DNA of 64,000 nt from Acidobacteriota bacterium (GTDB lineage Bacteria; Acidobacteriota; UBA890; WLXD01), in assembly GCA_963666055.2 (NCBI GenBank), contig CAXWPH010000015.1, forward strand, positions 128,001-192,000. Direction: 5' to 3'. Below are positions 1-9,824 of the stretch, one piece after another. The position numbers were made by a program, and so were the translations under genes. Under the pieces are notes generated by a model that was given only the letters and a program-made list of their open reading frames with translations, did no database searches and was not told the DNA's origin. How positions within the stretch are numbered: position 1 is the first letter of the stretch; each line of letters opens with the position of its first letter.

Positions 1-2
1 TT

Positions 3-962
3 GTGCTCAAGGCGTCGGAGGAGGGGCCGGCGACGCTGCTGAAATTCGCCGAGCTGATCGACGCGGCGGGGTTTCCACCGGGGGTGGTCAACATCATCAC
101 CGGCTTCGGTGAGCGTTGCGGTAAGCGGTTAACCAGCCACCCCGACATCGCGCGGGTGGCGTTCACCGGCGGCACCGAGACCGCTCGTCACATAGTACGC
201 AACACGGCCGAAAACCTAGCCACACTATCGCTGGAGCTGGGCGGCAAGTCACCGCTGATCGTTTTCGACGACGCCGATCTGGACAGCGCCGCGAACGGTG
301 TCGTGGCGGGCGTGTTCGGCGCTGCCGGCCAGTCGTGCGTCGCGAGCTCGCGCCTGTTGGTTCACGAGAGTGTCCACGACGAGCTGATGGCACGGCTGAT
401 ACCAACCGCGGAGTCGATCCGCATCGGTGATCCTCTCGACCACGCCACCGAGATGGGCCCACTTTGTACGGCGCGACAACGCGACCGTATAGAGAGGCTC
501 GTTGCCGACACGATCGCCAGCGGCGGCACGCTGTTGACCGGCGGAAGGCGTCCTCCCGATCAGCCGAAAGGGTTTTATTGGCAACCGACGATCATCGCTT
601 GCCCGCACGACGGCCTCCCGACCTTCGAAGAGGAGCTCTTCGGCCCGGTGCTGAGCGTGCGCAAGTTCGCCGACGAGGCCGAGGCGATCGAGATCGCCAA
701 CAGCAGCCGCTTCGCGCTGGCCGGCGGTGCGTTTACTCGCGACATCGGTCGCGCTCTGCGCGTCGGCCGTGCGCTTTCGAGCGGCATCGCCTACATCAAC
801 ACCTGGCGCGTCGTGTCGCCCATCGCTCCGTTCGGAGGCAATCAGCACTCGGGCTTCGGTCGCGAAGGAGGCAGCGACGCGATTCGCGACTACACGCGCG
901 TCAAGACCATCTGGATCAACATCTCGGACACGCCGATGGCCGATCCGTTCATAATGCGCTAG
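3..962 (+). CDS. Aldehyde dehydrogenase family protein (5' end outside window)
   Basis: LKASE, FTGG, LELGGKSP, GQSC (catalytic Cys), EELFGPV and PFGG..SGFGREGG motifs. Confidence 0.95.
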   Translation: MLKASEEGPATLLKFAELIDAAGFPPGVVNIITGFGERCGKRLTSHPDIARVAFTGGTETARHIVRNTAENLATLSLELGGKSPLIVFDDADLDSAANGVVAGVFGAAGQSCVASSRLLVHESVHDELMARLIPTAESIRIGDPLDHATEMGPLCTARQRDRIERLVADTIASGGTLLTGGRRPPDQPKGFYWQPTIIACPHDGLPTFEEELFGPVLSVRKFADEAEAIEIANSSRFALAGGAFTRDIGRALRVGRALSSGIAYINTWRVVSPIAPFGGNQHSGFGREGGSDAIRDYTRVKTIWINISDTPMADPFIMR

Positions 963-990
963 CAGGCCGTGGTGAAAGTGTTGTGGGCCT
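959..990. repeat. Solo left end of CTAG-MITE family A overlapping the ALDH stop codon
   Basis: CTAGCAGGCCGTGGTGAAAGTG is identical to the start of the TIR of 34011..34289. Confidence 0.8.
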
Positions 991-1022
991 TTTTCGTAAC
1001 GCCGGGAAGGTGAGGTATTCGC

Positions 1023-1403
1023 ATGGATGAAGGACTGTTCGAGAAAGGCTTACAGAACCGTCGCGCCACTCTGGGAAAGGACTATGTGGATCAGAGCCTG
1101 GCCAACGCCGACTCCCTCACGCGCCCCTTCCAGGAGGCCATGACGGCTTGGTGCTGGGGTTTTGGATGGGGCGACGAGGCGATCGATGCGAAAACACGCT
1201 CGATGATGAACCTGGCGATGATCGGCGCCCTGGGCAAGATGCATGAATGGGAGCTGCACTGCCGCGGCGCAATCGACAACGGCGTGAGCTTCGAGGAGAT
1301 CCGCGCCATCATCCATGTGGTGGGGATCTATTGCGGCGTCCCGCAGGCGCTCGAGTGCTTCCGTGTGGCGCGCCAGGTGCTGGAAGAGCGCGACATGATC
1401 TAG
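1023..1403 (+). CDS. Carboxymuconolactone decarboxylase family protein
   Basis: G...RR..LG..YV N-terminus, CWG..W, ELH.RGA..NG, YCGVP; GAGGT RBS. Confidence 0.9.
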   Translation: MDEGLFEKGLQNRRATLGKDYVDQSLANADSLTRPFQEAMTAWCWGFGWGDEAIDAKTRSMMNLAMIGALGKMHEWELHCRGAIDNGVSFEEIRAIIHVVGIYCGVPQALECFRVARQVLEERDMI

Positions 1404-1541
1404 AATAAACCTGTCTTCGGAGCCAACGTGGGGTGGTATCCGACGCCGAGGCCGGCAACATCGGTCGGCGTCGCGATGCCGGGAGGCAACCGCACGAATG
1501 AAGGCTCTCGAAGTGGCGCTGACCCCGTCACCGGATGGACC

Positions 1542-2429
1542 ATGCAGAGCCTCCGTTGGAAATTCACCGTGCCGATCGACGTGCAGCCACCCCAGCAGGG
1601 AGCAACGAGCAACCTGATATATCTGCCTGTCGCCGCCCTGGTTGCGATTGCGCTGCTGCTATCGGGCAACCCGACACCGGCTACCGAAGGGCCACTCGAC
1701 GCAGCGGAGCAGACTCCGTCGTTCGGCGGCGGTCTACGCTCCATCGTGCTGGACCCGGGTCACGGCGGCCGGGCGGCGGGAGCACCGGGCATCGGCGGCC
1801 TCGCGGAGAAAGACATAACCCTCGATGTCGCCGTGCGCCTGCGCGAGCTGATCTATCGGCGCCTCGGTCTACAGGTGTTCATGACGCGCGAGGACGACGT
1901 CGACCTGGACCTGGATACGCGCACCGAGAAGGCCAACAACTGGCAGGCTGACCTATTCGTGTCCATCCACGTCAACGCCTACCGAATCAGGAACGTGCGC
2001 GGCCCGGAGACCTATTTCCTCTCCGATGCGGCAAGCGACACGATCGCCAGCAGCGTGGCGCAACGCGAGAACGGTGGCGGACCGCAGGCGGTCCGCGGCG
2101 TTGACGGGCAGGCGCTGGAGTTCATCCTGTGGGATCTGGCCCACACCCAGCACTTGCGCGAAAGCAGCCTCCTGGCGGAGGAGATCCAGCAGTCGATGAA
2201 CAGCGTATGGCACCTACGCGACCGGGGCGTCAAACAGGCTCCGCTCCGCGTCCTCAAGGGCGCCACGATGCCCGCCGTGCTAGTCGAGCTGGGCTACCTC
2301 TCCAACCCCGACGACGCCGCCATGATCGCCGACCCGGGGTTCCGCCAGCAGCTCGCCGAAGCCCTGTTTCGCGGCATCAACAACTTCCGCCGGCAGCACG
2401 CCGCGCTCGCCGGCGCGGCCAACCCGTAA
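1542..2429 (+). CDS. N-acetylmuramoyl-L-alanine amidase (Amidase_3); start uncertain
   Basis: IVLDPGHGG, EK, LFVSIHVNA, PAVLVELGYLSN; hydrophobic N-terminal segment. Confidence 0.92.
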   Translation: MQSLRWKFTVPIDVQPPQQGATSNLIYLPVAALVAIALLLSGNPTPATEGPLDAAEQTPSFGGGLRSIVLDPGHGGRAAGAPGIGGLAEKDITLDVAVRLRELIYRRLGLQVFMTREDDVDLDLDTRTEKANNWQADLFVSIHVNAYRIRNVRGPETYFLSDAASDTIASSVAQRENGGGPQAVRGVDGQALEFILWDLAHTQHLRESSLLAEEIQQSMNSVWHLRDRGVKQAPLRVLKGATMPAVLVELGYLSNPDDAAMIADPGFRQQLAEALFRGINNFRRQHAALAGAANP

Positions 2430-2453
2430 GGTCGCGCGGCATGCACAACCGGC

Positions 2454-3074
2454 ATGGCCTCTAACGCTCGCTCGCTCCCATTTCGGGTAGGCGTTATCGC
2501 CGCCACGATCACCATCGGCCTCGCCTTGCTGTTGCTGGTGGTAAATCGTCTGGGGCGACCCGCTGCGCCGAGCGCGGCGCTCACCGACGATCCCAGCGCC
2601 GATGCAGCCCTGGGCGCCAGTCCTGACACGCCGCCGCCTGATGAAGCGGCCCAGATAGCCACCGAGTCCGTGACCCTACAGCTGTTCCTGATCGATTCCG
2701 CGAATCGCCGCCTGGTGCCGCGTATCCAGCGCCTCGAGGCGCCGCTGACGCTCGCGGCCAAGGCTCAGCTGGCAATCGAGCAGCTGATCGCCACGCCGGG
2801 CTCACCGTTGCCCCGGGGAACCGAAGTGCGCGAGGTCTGGGTGTCGACGGCGGGCATCGCCTACGTCGACTTCGGTGCCAATCTACCGATCTCGATGCCC
2901 AAGGGAAGCCTGGCGGAGATCCATGCCGTCTATGGGGTCGTGGGCACGTTGACGACATCGTTCCCGCAGATAAGGGCGGTGCAGTTCCTCGTCGACGGCA
3001 GCAGCGTGGATACGCTCACCGGCCATTTTGACCTCGCCGGGCCGATACTCCCCCATGGCGATTGGCTCTACTAG
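2454..3074 (+). CDS. GerMN domain-containing membrane-anchored protein
   Basis: N-terminal TM segment, AYVDF, AE...VY..V.TL, VQFLVDG....TL.GH.DL; follows the amidase. Confidence 0.85.
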   Translation: MASNARSLPFRVGVIAATITIGLALLLLVVNRLGRPAAPSAALTDDPSADAALGASPDTPPPDEAAQIATESVTLQLFLIDSANRRLVPRIQRLEAPLTLAAKAQLAIEQLIATPGSPLPRGTEVREVWVSTAGIAYVDFGANLPISMPKGSLAEIHAVYGVVGTLTTSFPQIRAVQFLVDGSSVDTLTGHFDLAGPILPHGDWLY

Positions 3075-3131
3075 CAGAGGTTCGTTACGTATCGTGGCGC
3101 GCACCAAGCCCGCTACCTCGAAGCTGGCGCG

Positions 3132-3776
3132 ATGAGCGGCGCGGCGTCGCGGCCAGGCAACAGCGCACGTACCGAGCTGCTCATCGGCACCCACAACCGC
3201 GGCAAGGTCGAGGAGATCGCTGCGCTGCTCGCGGCGGGGCCTTGGCGGTGCCGCGCACTGCCGGAGGGAGCTGACGAGTACCCAGAGAGCGGCGACACAT
3301 TCGCCGAAAACGCCCGAGGCAAGGCGCTGTACTACGCCCGGCTGACCGGGTCCGTCACGCTCGCCGACGATTCGGGTCTGGAGATCGACGCCCTGGATGG
3401 GGATCCGGGAGTCTACTCCGCCCGTTATATCGACCCGGAGTTGTCGCAGCGGCAACGTAATCTCGCCGTGCTCGAACGTCTTGCCGGTGTCGCCGAGACG
3501 GACCGCGGCGCACAGTTCGTGTGCCATGTTGTACTGGCGCGCCCCGATGCACTGGTATGCGAGCACCGCGGCGTCTGTACCGGCCGCATTACACGGCAGC
3601 CGCACGGTGAAGGAGGGTTCGGATATGACCCGATCTTCCGAGCCACGGGTGATACGCGCACTTTTGCGGAGCTGACACGCGAGGAAAAATCACAGCGCTC
3701 ACATCGCGGCAAGGCAATCGCTGCGATGATCGAGTTCCTGCAAGGCTGGACCGCGGGTTCGGAGTCCGGCTCGTAG
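3132..3776 (+). CDS. rdgB: Non-canonical purine NTP pyrophosphatase (RdgB/HAM1)
   Basis: T.N.GK, ADDSGL..DAL.G.PGVYSARY, GFGYDPIF, SHRGKA. Confidence 0.95.
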   Translation: MSGAASRPGNSARTELLIGTHNRGKVEEIAALLAAGPWRCRALPEGADEYPESGDTFAENARGKALYYARLTGSVTLADDSGLEIDALDGDPGVYSARYIDPELSQRQRNLAVLERLAGVAETDRGAQFVCHVVLARPDALVCEHRGVCTGRITRQPHGEGGFGYDPIFRATGDTRTFAELTREEKSQRSHRGKAIAAMIEFLQGWTAGSESGS

Positions 3777-3820
3777 CATGAGGCAACTCTTCGCGGCGTT
3801 GTATCCTGAGCGCTGTACGG

Positions 3821-3894
3821 CGGGGTGTGGCGCAGCTTGGAAGCGCACCTGCTTTGGGAGCAGGGGGCCGGAGGTTCAAATCCTCTCACCCCGA
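3821..3894 (+). tRNA. tRNA-Pro(TGG), CCA not encoded
   Basis: Acceptor stem CGGGGTG/CACCCCG, anticodon arm CCTGC-TTTGGGA-GCAGG, T arm GGTTCAAATCC. Confidence 0.95.
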
Positions 3895-3971
3895 CTTGGG
3901 CAGCGGCCGGCTCGAGGCGCCTCCAAAGGGCGCGGGCCGGTCGCGGCTTTCGCTGGCGAGGAGTCGGAGCG

Positions 3972-4007
3972 CTAAGCAGGCCGTGGGGGAAGTGTGGCTG
4001 CTGCTAG
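3972..4007. repeat. Collapsed family A MITE remnant ending on the CTAG of the rlmI stop
   Basis: ctaAGCAGGCCGTGGggGAAGTGTGG...CTGCTAG. Confidence 0.65.
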
Positions 4008-5209
4008 CCGAGCTTCCTGAGGATCATGCACTTGAGGTAACGGCTCTCCGGCATGCCGATGCGAATCGGGTGATCGCGGCTTTGGCCTCGCCGCTCCACC
4101 AGCACCAGCTCGGCGCGCACGTCGGCGGCTGCCGCCTCGATCACTGCCAGGAACGCCGACTCGCTGAGATGGTATGAGCAGCTCGAGGTCACCAGGTAAC
4201 CACCGGGCCGCAGTAGCTTCATGGCCCGCAGGTTGATCTCCTTGTAGCCACCTAGCGCACCCTTCAGCGCCGCCTTGTTCTTGGCAAACGCCGGAGGATC
4301 GAGGACGATCGTATCGAAGGTCTCGCCCCGATCGCTCAGCTGGCGCAAATGGTCGAAGGCGTTGACGGCACGTGCATCGAGCGTTACGTCATTGATTTCG
4401 GCGTTGTGTCGCATCGCTGCCACGGCGTCATCGGAAATATCCAGCGCGATCACCTCGTCGCACCGCGAAGCAAGCTGCAGCGAGAACGCTCCGTGGTAGG
4501 CGAAGCAATCGAGCAGCCGGCCGTGCGCATAGTTGCGCGCCGCAGCGCGATTCTCGCGTTGATCTAAGAACAGACCGGTCTTCTGTCCGCTTCTCAGGTC
4601 GACCTCCAGGTGAGCGGAACCCTCCCGGATCCGCACTCGACTCGGGATCTCACCGTGCAGCACATCGATGCGCCGCTCCAACCCCTCGAGCAAGCGCACT
4701 CGCCTATCATTGCGCGCCAGGATGGCGGCTGGCGCGACCAACTGCACGAGCAGCTCGGTGATCTCGTCGCAACGTCGATCCACCCCCTGGGCGAGCATCT
4801 GCACGACCAGATAGTCAGCGTACCGATCGACGATCAGCGCCGGCAGTCCGTCGGCCTCCGCGTGCACCAACCGGTAGGCGTCAGCATCGATCTCGAGCGT
4901 CTGGCGGTACGCGATCGCGGCCTCCAAGCGGTCTCGCCACAGCTGGAGATCTGGGCGCGGCCCACGATCACAGAACCGTCGTAGGGCGATCTGCGAAGCA
5001 TCACTGTAGAGCGCGTATCCGACCTGGCGACCTCGCGGTCCCTTGACGCAGACCAGGTCGCCTGCCGCGGCGTGAACCTCTTGTACATCGCTGCGGTAGA
5101 TCCACGGGTGCAGGCCGCGCACGCGCTGCGCGCCGCGACGAGTGAGCACGGCCTCCGGCTGCGGCGGCGTCTTCTCGGATGTCTTACTGGCGGTGGTCAG
5201 TTCGGCCAT
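4004..5209 (-). CDS. rlmI: RlmI-like class I SAM-dependent rRNA methyltransferase
   Basis: HPWIY PUA domain, EADGLP.LIVDRY, GQKTGLFLDQRENR, LDPPAF, SSCS, YLK. Confidence 0.88.
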   Translation of the reverse strand: MAELTTASKTSEKTPPQPEAVLTRRGAQRVRGLHPWIYRSDVQEVHAAAGDLVCVKGPRGRQVGYALYSDASQIALRRFCDRGPRPDLQLWRDRLEAAIAYRQTLEIDADAYRLVHAEADGLPALIVDRYADYLVVQMLAQGVDRRCDEITELLVQLVAPAAILARNDRRVRLLEGLERRIDVLHGEIPSRVRIREGSAHLEVDLRSGQKTGLFLDQRENRAAARNYAHGRLLDCFAYHGAFSLQLASRCDEVIALDISDDAVAAMRHNAEINDVTLDARAVNAFDHLRQLSDRGETFDTIVLDPPAFAKNKAALKGALGGYKEINLRAMKLLRPGGYLVTSSCSYHLSESAFLAVIEAAAADVRAELVLVERRGQSRDHPIRIGMPESRYLKCMILRKLG

Positions 5210-5221
5210 GGCCGAGCCACA

Positions 5222-5256
5222 CTAGCAGGCTGGGAAGTGCGGCGGGCTTCGGCTAG
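5222..5256. repeat. Collapsed family A MITE remnant bounded by CTAG; right CTAG is the GH113 stop
   Basis: CTAGCAGGCtgGGAAGTGcGGCGGG...GCTAG. Confidence 0.55.
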
Positions 5257-6320
5257 TTGTCGTCGCTCCAGTACCGCGAGATCACCTGGCGCATGGCGAC
5301 GCTCGACATCTCGAAGTCGCGCGGTCGGGCATCACCTGGGAACCACTTCCACAGGAAGGCACCCACCACGCTTGGCTCGGCCTGCAGGGCCTCTAACGCG
5401 GCGAGCAGGCAACGACGCTGCAGCTCTTCGGCGTGGGGCCCGCCGACCTCGTAGGCCCACGGCTCGTAGGGGGCCCGCGCCGAGCGATTGTAGCCCAGCT
5501 CGGTGAACACAACGGTCTTGCCGTAGCGTTCGCTGAAGGCGCGCATGCGCTTCATGATGCGGCGCCATCCGGCGTCGAACGCCTCCTGTGGCGGCAGGGC
5601 GGTGGCGTCCCCGGCGCCCGCCTCGAGCACCGGGAAATACGCCTGCACGCCGATGGCGTCGAGAGCGTCCCAGAACGGGATGCGCTGATAGTCGGTCCAG
5701 TTGGCCGCATAAGTAAGCGGCCCATCGTACTCGTCGCGAACGGCGCGAATCACCTCACGCCAGGCGGCCTCGTGGCCGACGGTCTTGTCAAGCTCGGTAC
5801 CTACCGCGAACGCATCCGCGTCGTGGCTGAACCTGGCGATCGCCGCGACCCAAAGGCGGTAGTCGTCGAAGAACCGCTGCCACTCGGCGTCGGTATGGAA
5901 GGAGATCTCGCCCCGCCACGAGAAATTGCCCCAGTACCCCAGATGCGGCTTGATGAAGATCTTCAAGCCCTGTCGATGGGCTTCTTCGATGGGTCGCCGT
6001 AGCCACGTCGGCGCCGTTGTGGCATCGCCCTCGTTGCGCCTCCAGCTCACCGAGCCATCCCGACCGATGCGGGCGTACGGGTGGATGGAGATCCAGTTAA
6101 CCCCGAGCTGCTTGAGCTCGGCAATGGTGCCGACGATGGCATCCTTGCCCCACTCGGCGCTACCGCGCGACGTGGAGACGGTCATGCCGTTGATGTTCTC
6201 GCCCTGTGACGCTGGGCGCGGCGAGCCAACCGTTGCGGTGAGCTCCGCCACCTGCGGAGCCTGGCCGCCAACGAGCAGCAGGCTGATGACGCCTGCCCGG
6301 CAACATCGAGCTGAGACCAT
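5253..6320 (-). CDS. Glycoside hydrolase family 113-like secreted protein
   Basis: KPHL, WRG.I, VGTEL, LTYAANW, FWDALD.IGVQAYFP, FTELGY; signal-like N-terminus; start uncertain. Confidence 0.8.
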   Translation of the reverse strand: MVSARCCRAGVISLLLVGGQAPQVAELTATVGSPRPASQGENINGMTVSTSRGSAEWGKDAIVGTIAELKQLGVNWISIHPYARIGRDGSVSWRRNEGDATTAPTWLRRPIEEAHRQGLKIFIKPHLGYWGNFSWRGEISFHTDAEWQRFFDDYRLWVAAIARFSHDADAFAVGTELDKTVGHEAAWREVIRAVRDEYDGPLTYAANWTDYQRIPFWDALDAIGVQAYFPVLEAGAGDATALPPQEAFDAGWRRIMKRMRAFSERYGKTVVFTELGYNRSARAPYEPWAYEVGGPHAEELQRRCLLAALEALQAEPSVVGAFLWKWFPGDARPRDFEMSSVAMRQVISRYWSDDN

Positions 6321-6520
6321 GATCGCCGAGGTTATCACCCGGCGTTTCGTTGGCGACACCGCTCGCTCTCGCGGCGGCTTCCGCAACCATCTTGCAACCC
6401 GGCGACGGTGCCTGGCGTCCAACCAGTAGAGGCGGCGCGGCGCCAGGGCGCGCGGACGTAAGCTGCCCGGAGGCGTGGTCGGCAACGAGGCGCGGCGCAT
6501 TCGAGATGAAGGAGGAGACC

Positions 6521-7540
6521 ATGCAACACAGTCGTTCGTCAGGTTTGTTTCGAGTGGGAGTCGCTGCCGCGGTTAGCGCCACCGCCCTGATACTGGCGAC
6601 GCCAAGCTACGCGCAAGGAACACGCGAGCTGGTCATGTCAGCCGAATTCGACACCCGGCCGGGCGCCCGCCTGACAATCGACGTTGCGGACGCCGACGTG
6701 CTACTGCGTAATGGTGGCTCCGATCGCGTCGGGTTCGAGGTGTATCTCAGGGCAGGCAACATGGAGCGTGGTCGGGCCAGGTTCGAGGCCATGAACTTCC
6801 GCGCCGACGGTACCGCCAACGAGGTAAGCCTGCGGGCCGACGGCGAACACGGCGTCGGCTGGGATTGGCGCGACTGGGGCGGTTTCGCGATCACGGTCGA
6901 GGTCACCGTGCCCGAAGAGTACGACGCTGACGTGCGCACCGAAGACGGTGACGTGGCGGTGCAGAGCCTGCGGGGCGATGTGCGGTTGCGATCGTCCGAC
7001 GGCGACATCAGCGCGCAGAGCCTTACGGGCGACGTCGTCATCCGCACTTCCGACGGCGACATTGGCGTGCGCCGGATTATCGGCGGCCAGATCGAGATCA
7101 GCACCTCCGATGGTGATGTGAGCCTGGGCCAGTTGCAGGCGACGCGTATCGTGATCGACACCTCGGATGGAGACATCAGCGGCGATCGACTGGCCGCCGA
7201 GGGCATCGAGCTCCACACCAGCGACGGTGACATCGTGGTGAGCGCAGTTGCCGGACCGATCGACGCGCGAACCAACGACGGCAGCATTCACGTCGGCATC
7301 GAACAGCTGGGCGAGACCAGCCTGAGCACCGGCGAAGGCAACATCACGATCCGCGCCACGCAGGAGCTGGCGGCCGATTTGGACCTGCGCGGCGAAGACC
7401 TGTCGATGCGCAACGAGGTGCGCTTCGACGGCACGCTGGATCGCCGCGTCATCCGCGGGTCACTGAACGGCGGCGGGCCCAGCCTCACCGCCCGGGCTCG
7501 CGACGGCAGCATCGTGTTGCGCCTCCGCGCACCAGAGTAA
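6521..7540 (+). CDS. DUF4097 family beta-strand repeat protein
   Basis: Repeated TSDGDI motifs, NGGGP.L C-terminus, signal peptide, GGAGGAG RBS. Confidence 0.85.
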   Translation: MQHSRSSGLFRVGVAAAVSATALILATPSYAQGTRELVMSAEFDTRPGARLTIDVADADVLLRNGGSDRVGFEVYLRAGNMERGRARFEAMNFRADGTANEVSLRADGEHGVGWDWRDWGGFAITVEVTVPEEYDADVRTEDGDVAVQSLRGDVRLRSSDGDISAQSLTGDVVIRTSDGDIGVRRIIGGQIEISTSDGDVSLGQLQATRIVIDTSDGDISGDRLAAEGIELHTSDGDIVVSAVAGPIDARTNDGSIHVGIEQLGETSLSTGEGNITIRATQELAADLDLRGEDLSMRNEVRFDGTLDRRVIRGSLNGGGPSLTARARDGSIVLRLRAPE

Positions 7541-7660
7541 GCGCAGCGATCGATCGACCCGGGTGAGGGATCGCCGGCTCAGCTGACCGTCGGAGGCCGG
7601 ATGTCGCTTCGACTTTCCGAACCCGGAGTACCGCTGAAGTAGGCTTTGGGCTCCGATACC

Positions 7661-8572
7661 TCAGCGTCGACCGTCGATCCAGGCGTCGATGAGGCTGCGC
7701 GAGATCGAGATCTCGGGCGACAGGCGTAGCTCGCCCGCCTCGACCGCCGCGACGATCTGCTCGCGAGTGAACCAACGTGCGTCCTCGAGCTCCTCATCGC
7801 CGAGCGTGATCGTGTCGGACTCGGCCACAGCGCTGAACCCGAGCATCAGCGATGCCGGGAACGGCCAGGGCTGCGCGCTGACGTAGCGGACATCGTCACA
7901 AACAATACCCGTCTCCTCCAGCACCTCGCGACGTACGGCATCTTCGAGGCTCTCGCCGGGCTCGACGAAGCCGGCAAGCACCGAGTACCAGCGCTTCGGC
8001 CACGACGCCTGCCGGCCGAGGAGAATCCGTTCGCCGTGTTCTACCCGAACGATGATCGCCGGATCGGTGCGGGGAAAATGCTGGCGAGCGCAGCCGGTGT
8101 TGCTGCAACGCCGTAGCCAACCCCCGTTCAGCGAGTCAGTGGGGGCACCGCACGAGCCGCAGAACCGATGCGTGGCGTGCCAATGAGCTACGGCGCGCGC
8201 GTAGGCAAGCAGGCCGGCGTGCTCCGGTGCCATCACCGGACCGAGCTGACGCAGGTCGCCGAAGGTTGCGCCGCCCTCGAGCCACGACGGGTCGGGATCG
8301 GGCCTGTCCGGAAGCAACACGGCGAAGCAGGCAAGATCGCCCTCGGCCAAGCCAAGGAAGACGGATTCCTGCGGCGCGACCGGCGGCGGCAACTCCGTTG
8401 CGCGCAGCAGTCCGGCGGCTGGCGCGTCGCCCGTGGTCACCAGACTGCGATCCCGCCATACCGGCAAGAACACCGATGTCGGGTCGGCGGCTCGCTGCTG
8501 GAGCCACGCCTTGTTCAGCCGCATTTGGGCGGCCCGATCGATCCACGAGCTTGAATAGAAGTGGTGCGTCAC
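7661..8572 (-). CDS. nudC: NAD(+) diphosphatase NudC
   Basis: FCGSCG zinc ribbon, FPRTDPAII, Nudix box GFVEPGESLEDAVRREVLEETG, QPWPFP; GTG start inferred. Confidence 0.93.
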   Translation of the reverse strand: MTHHFYSSSWIDRAAQMRLNKAWLQQRAADPTSVFLPVWRDRSLVTTGDAPAAGLLRATELPPPVAPQESVFLGLAEGDLACFAVLLPDRPDPDPSWLEGGATFGDLRQLGPVMAPEHAGLLAYARAVAHWHATHRFCGSCGAPTDSLNGGWLRRCSNTGCARQHFPRTDPAIIVRVEHGERILLGRQASWPKRWYSVLAGFVEPGESLEDAVRREVLEETGIVCDDVRYVSAQPWPFPASLMLGFSAVAESDTITLGDEELEDARWFTREQIVAAVEAGELRLSPEISISRSLIDAWIDGRR

Positions 8573-8591
8573 ATGTCCTATCGTACCTGCC

Positions 8592-9743
8592 ATGCCTACG
8601 TACCCTGGCGTAGCTCGCTCAGTAGCCGGCATGGAGGGCTCCCTGTTCTCCAAGCTGGCCGGCCGTCTCAAGACCCTGAAAGGCGAGATATACCCACTTC
8701 ATGTCGGGGACACGTGGATGGAACCGGCGGACGGGTGCCGCATGCAGGATCTGCGGGTCGAGGAGCACGCCGGGATGCACCGTTACGCTTCGCCGCACGG
8801 GATGCCGCTGCTGCTCGAGCGCGTCGTCGAGCGACATCGAGCCAACACCGCCGTCGATACGACGCCCCAAAACGTGCTCATCACCGCCGGCGCCACCGGG
8901 GGGTTGGGGGCAGCTATCGGTGCGACGATCGATCCCGGCGAGGAGGTGCTGCTGCTCGCCCCCTACTGGCCGCTTATTGCAGGGATCGTCAAGTCGTTCT
9001 CAGCACACCCGATCGCAGTGCCGTTCATCGGCCTTGCCGATTCACCCGACGCCGCGGTCGAGGTGCTCGACGCCAAGCGCACCGAGCGTTGTGCGGCGAT
9101 CTACCTGAGCACACCCAACAACCCGACAGGCCACGTAATTCCGCCGGCAATCGTGGCGGCGGTCGTTGAATGGGCCCAGCGACATGATCTCTGGATACTC
9201 GCCGACGAGGTCTACGAGGACTACGTTTACCGGGGCGAGCACTGCTATGCGCGTACCCTGGCGCCCGAACGAACCTTCTCGGTGCACTCTTTCTCCAAGG
9301 CCTACGGGATGGCGGGCAACCGCTGCGGCTACGTCGTGGGGCCGGCGGAACACATGCGCGAGTTGCGCAAGGTGAGCGTCCACAGCTTCTACAGCACCCC
9401 CACAGCATCACAGATCGCCGCGACGAAGGTGCTCGACGGCCGCGGTGACGCGTGGGTCGCTACGGCGAAACCCTTATACGAGCAACTGGGTGAAGAGATG
9501 GCGGGCATCCTCGGTATGCCAGCTCCGGAGGGCAGCCAGTTCCTCTGGGTAGACGTTGCCGAGAGCCTCGACGAGCGCGGCCTCTTGGGGTTCCTCGAGG
9601 ACTGCCTGGACGACGGCGTTCTGCTGGCGCCGGGGCCCAGCTTCGGACCCTATCCGACCCATGTACGCGCCTGCTTTACAGCAGCCGTCCCGGAGCACAC
9701 GCGACGCGGGATAAAGTTGCTCGCTCAGCACCTGGGCAGGTAA
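8592..9743 (+). CDS. PLP-dependent aminotransferase class I/II
   Basis: PNNPTG, DEVYE, SFSKAYGMAG.RCG. Confidence 0.92.
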   Translation: MPTYPGVARSVAGMEGSLFSKLAGRLKTLKGEIYPLHVGDTWMEPADGCRMQDLRVEEHAGMHRYASPHGMPLLLERVVERHRANTAVDTTPQNVLITAGATGGLGAAIGATIDPGEEVLLLAPYWPLIAGIVKSFSAHPIAVPFIGLADSPDAAVEVLDAKRTERCAAIYLSTPNNPTGHVIPPAIVAAVVEWAQRHDLWILADEVYEDYVYRGEHCYARTLAPERTFSVHSFSKAYGMAGNRCGYVVGPAEHMRELRKVSVHSFYSTPTASQIAATKVLDGRGDAWVATAKPLYEQLGEEMAGILGMPAPEGSQFLWVDVAESLDERGLLGFLEDCLDDGVLLAPGPSFGPYPTHVRACFTAAVPEHTRRGIKLLAQHLGR

Positions 9744-9824
9744 CGCCCGCGGGCTCGGAGAGGAGGGCGCCGAGGAGCCGATGGCTCACTGCGTGGCGGC
9801 GAGCCTCAGCCCTTCCGCCGCGCC

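Noticed and set aside
3821-3894. tRNA-Pro as an island integration site
   Set aside because: No duplicated tRNA 3' end or integrase seen nearby.
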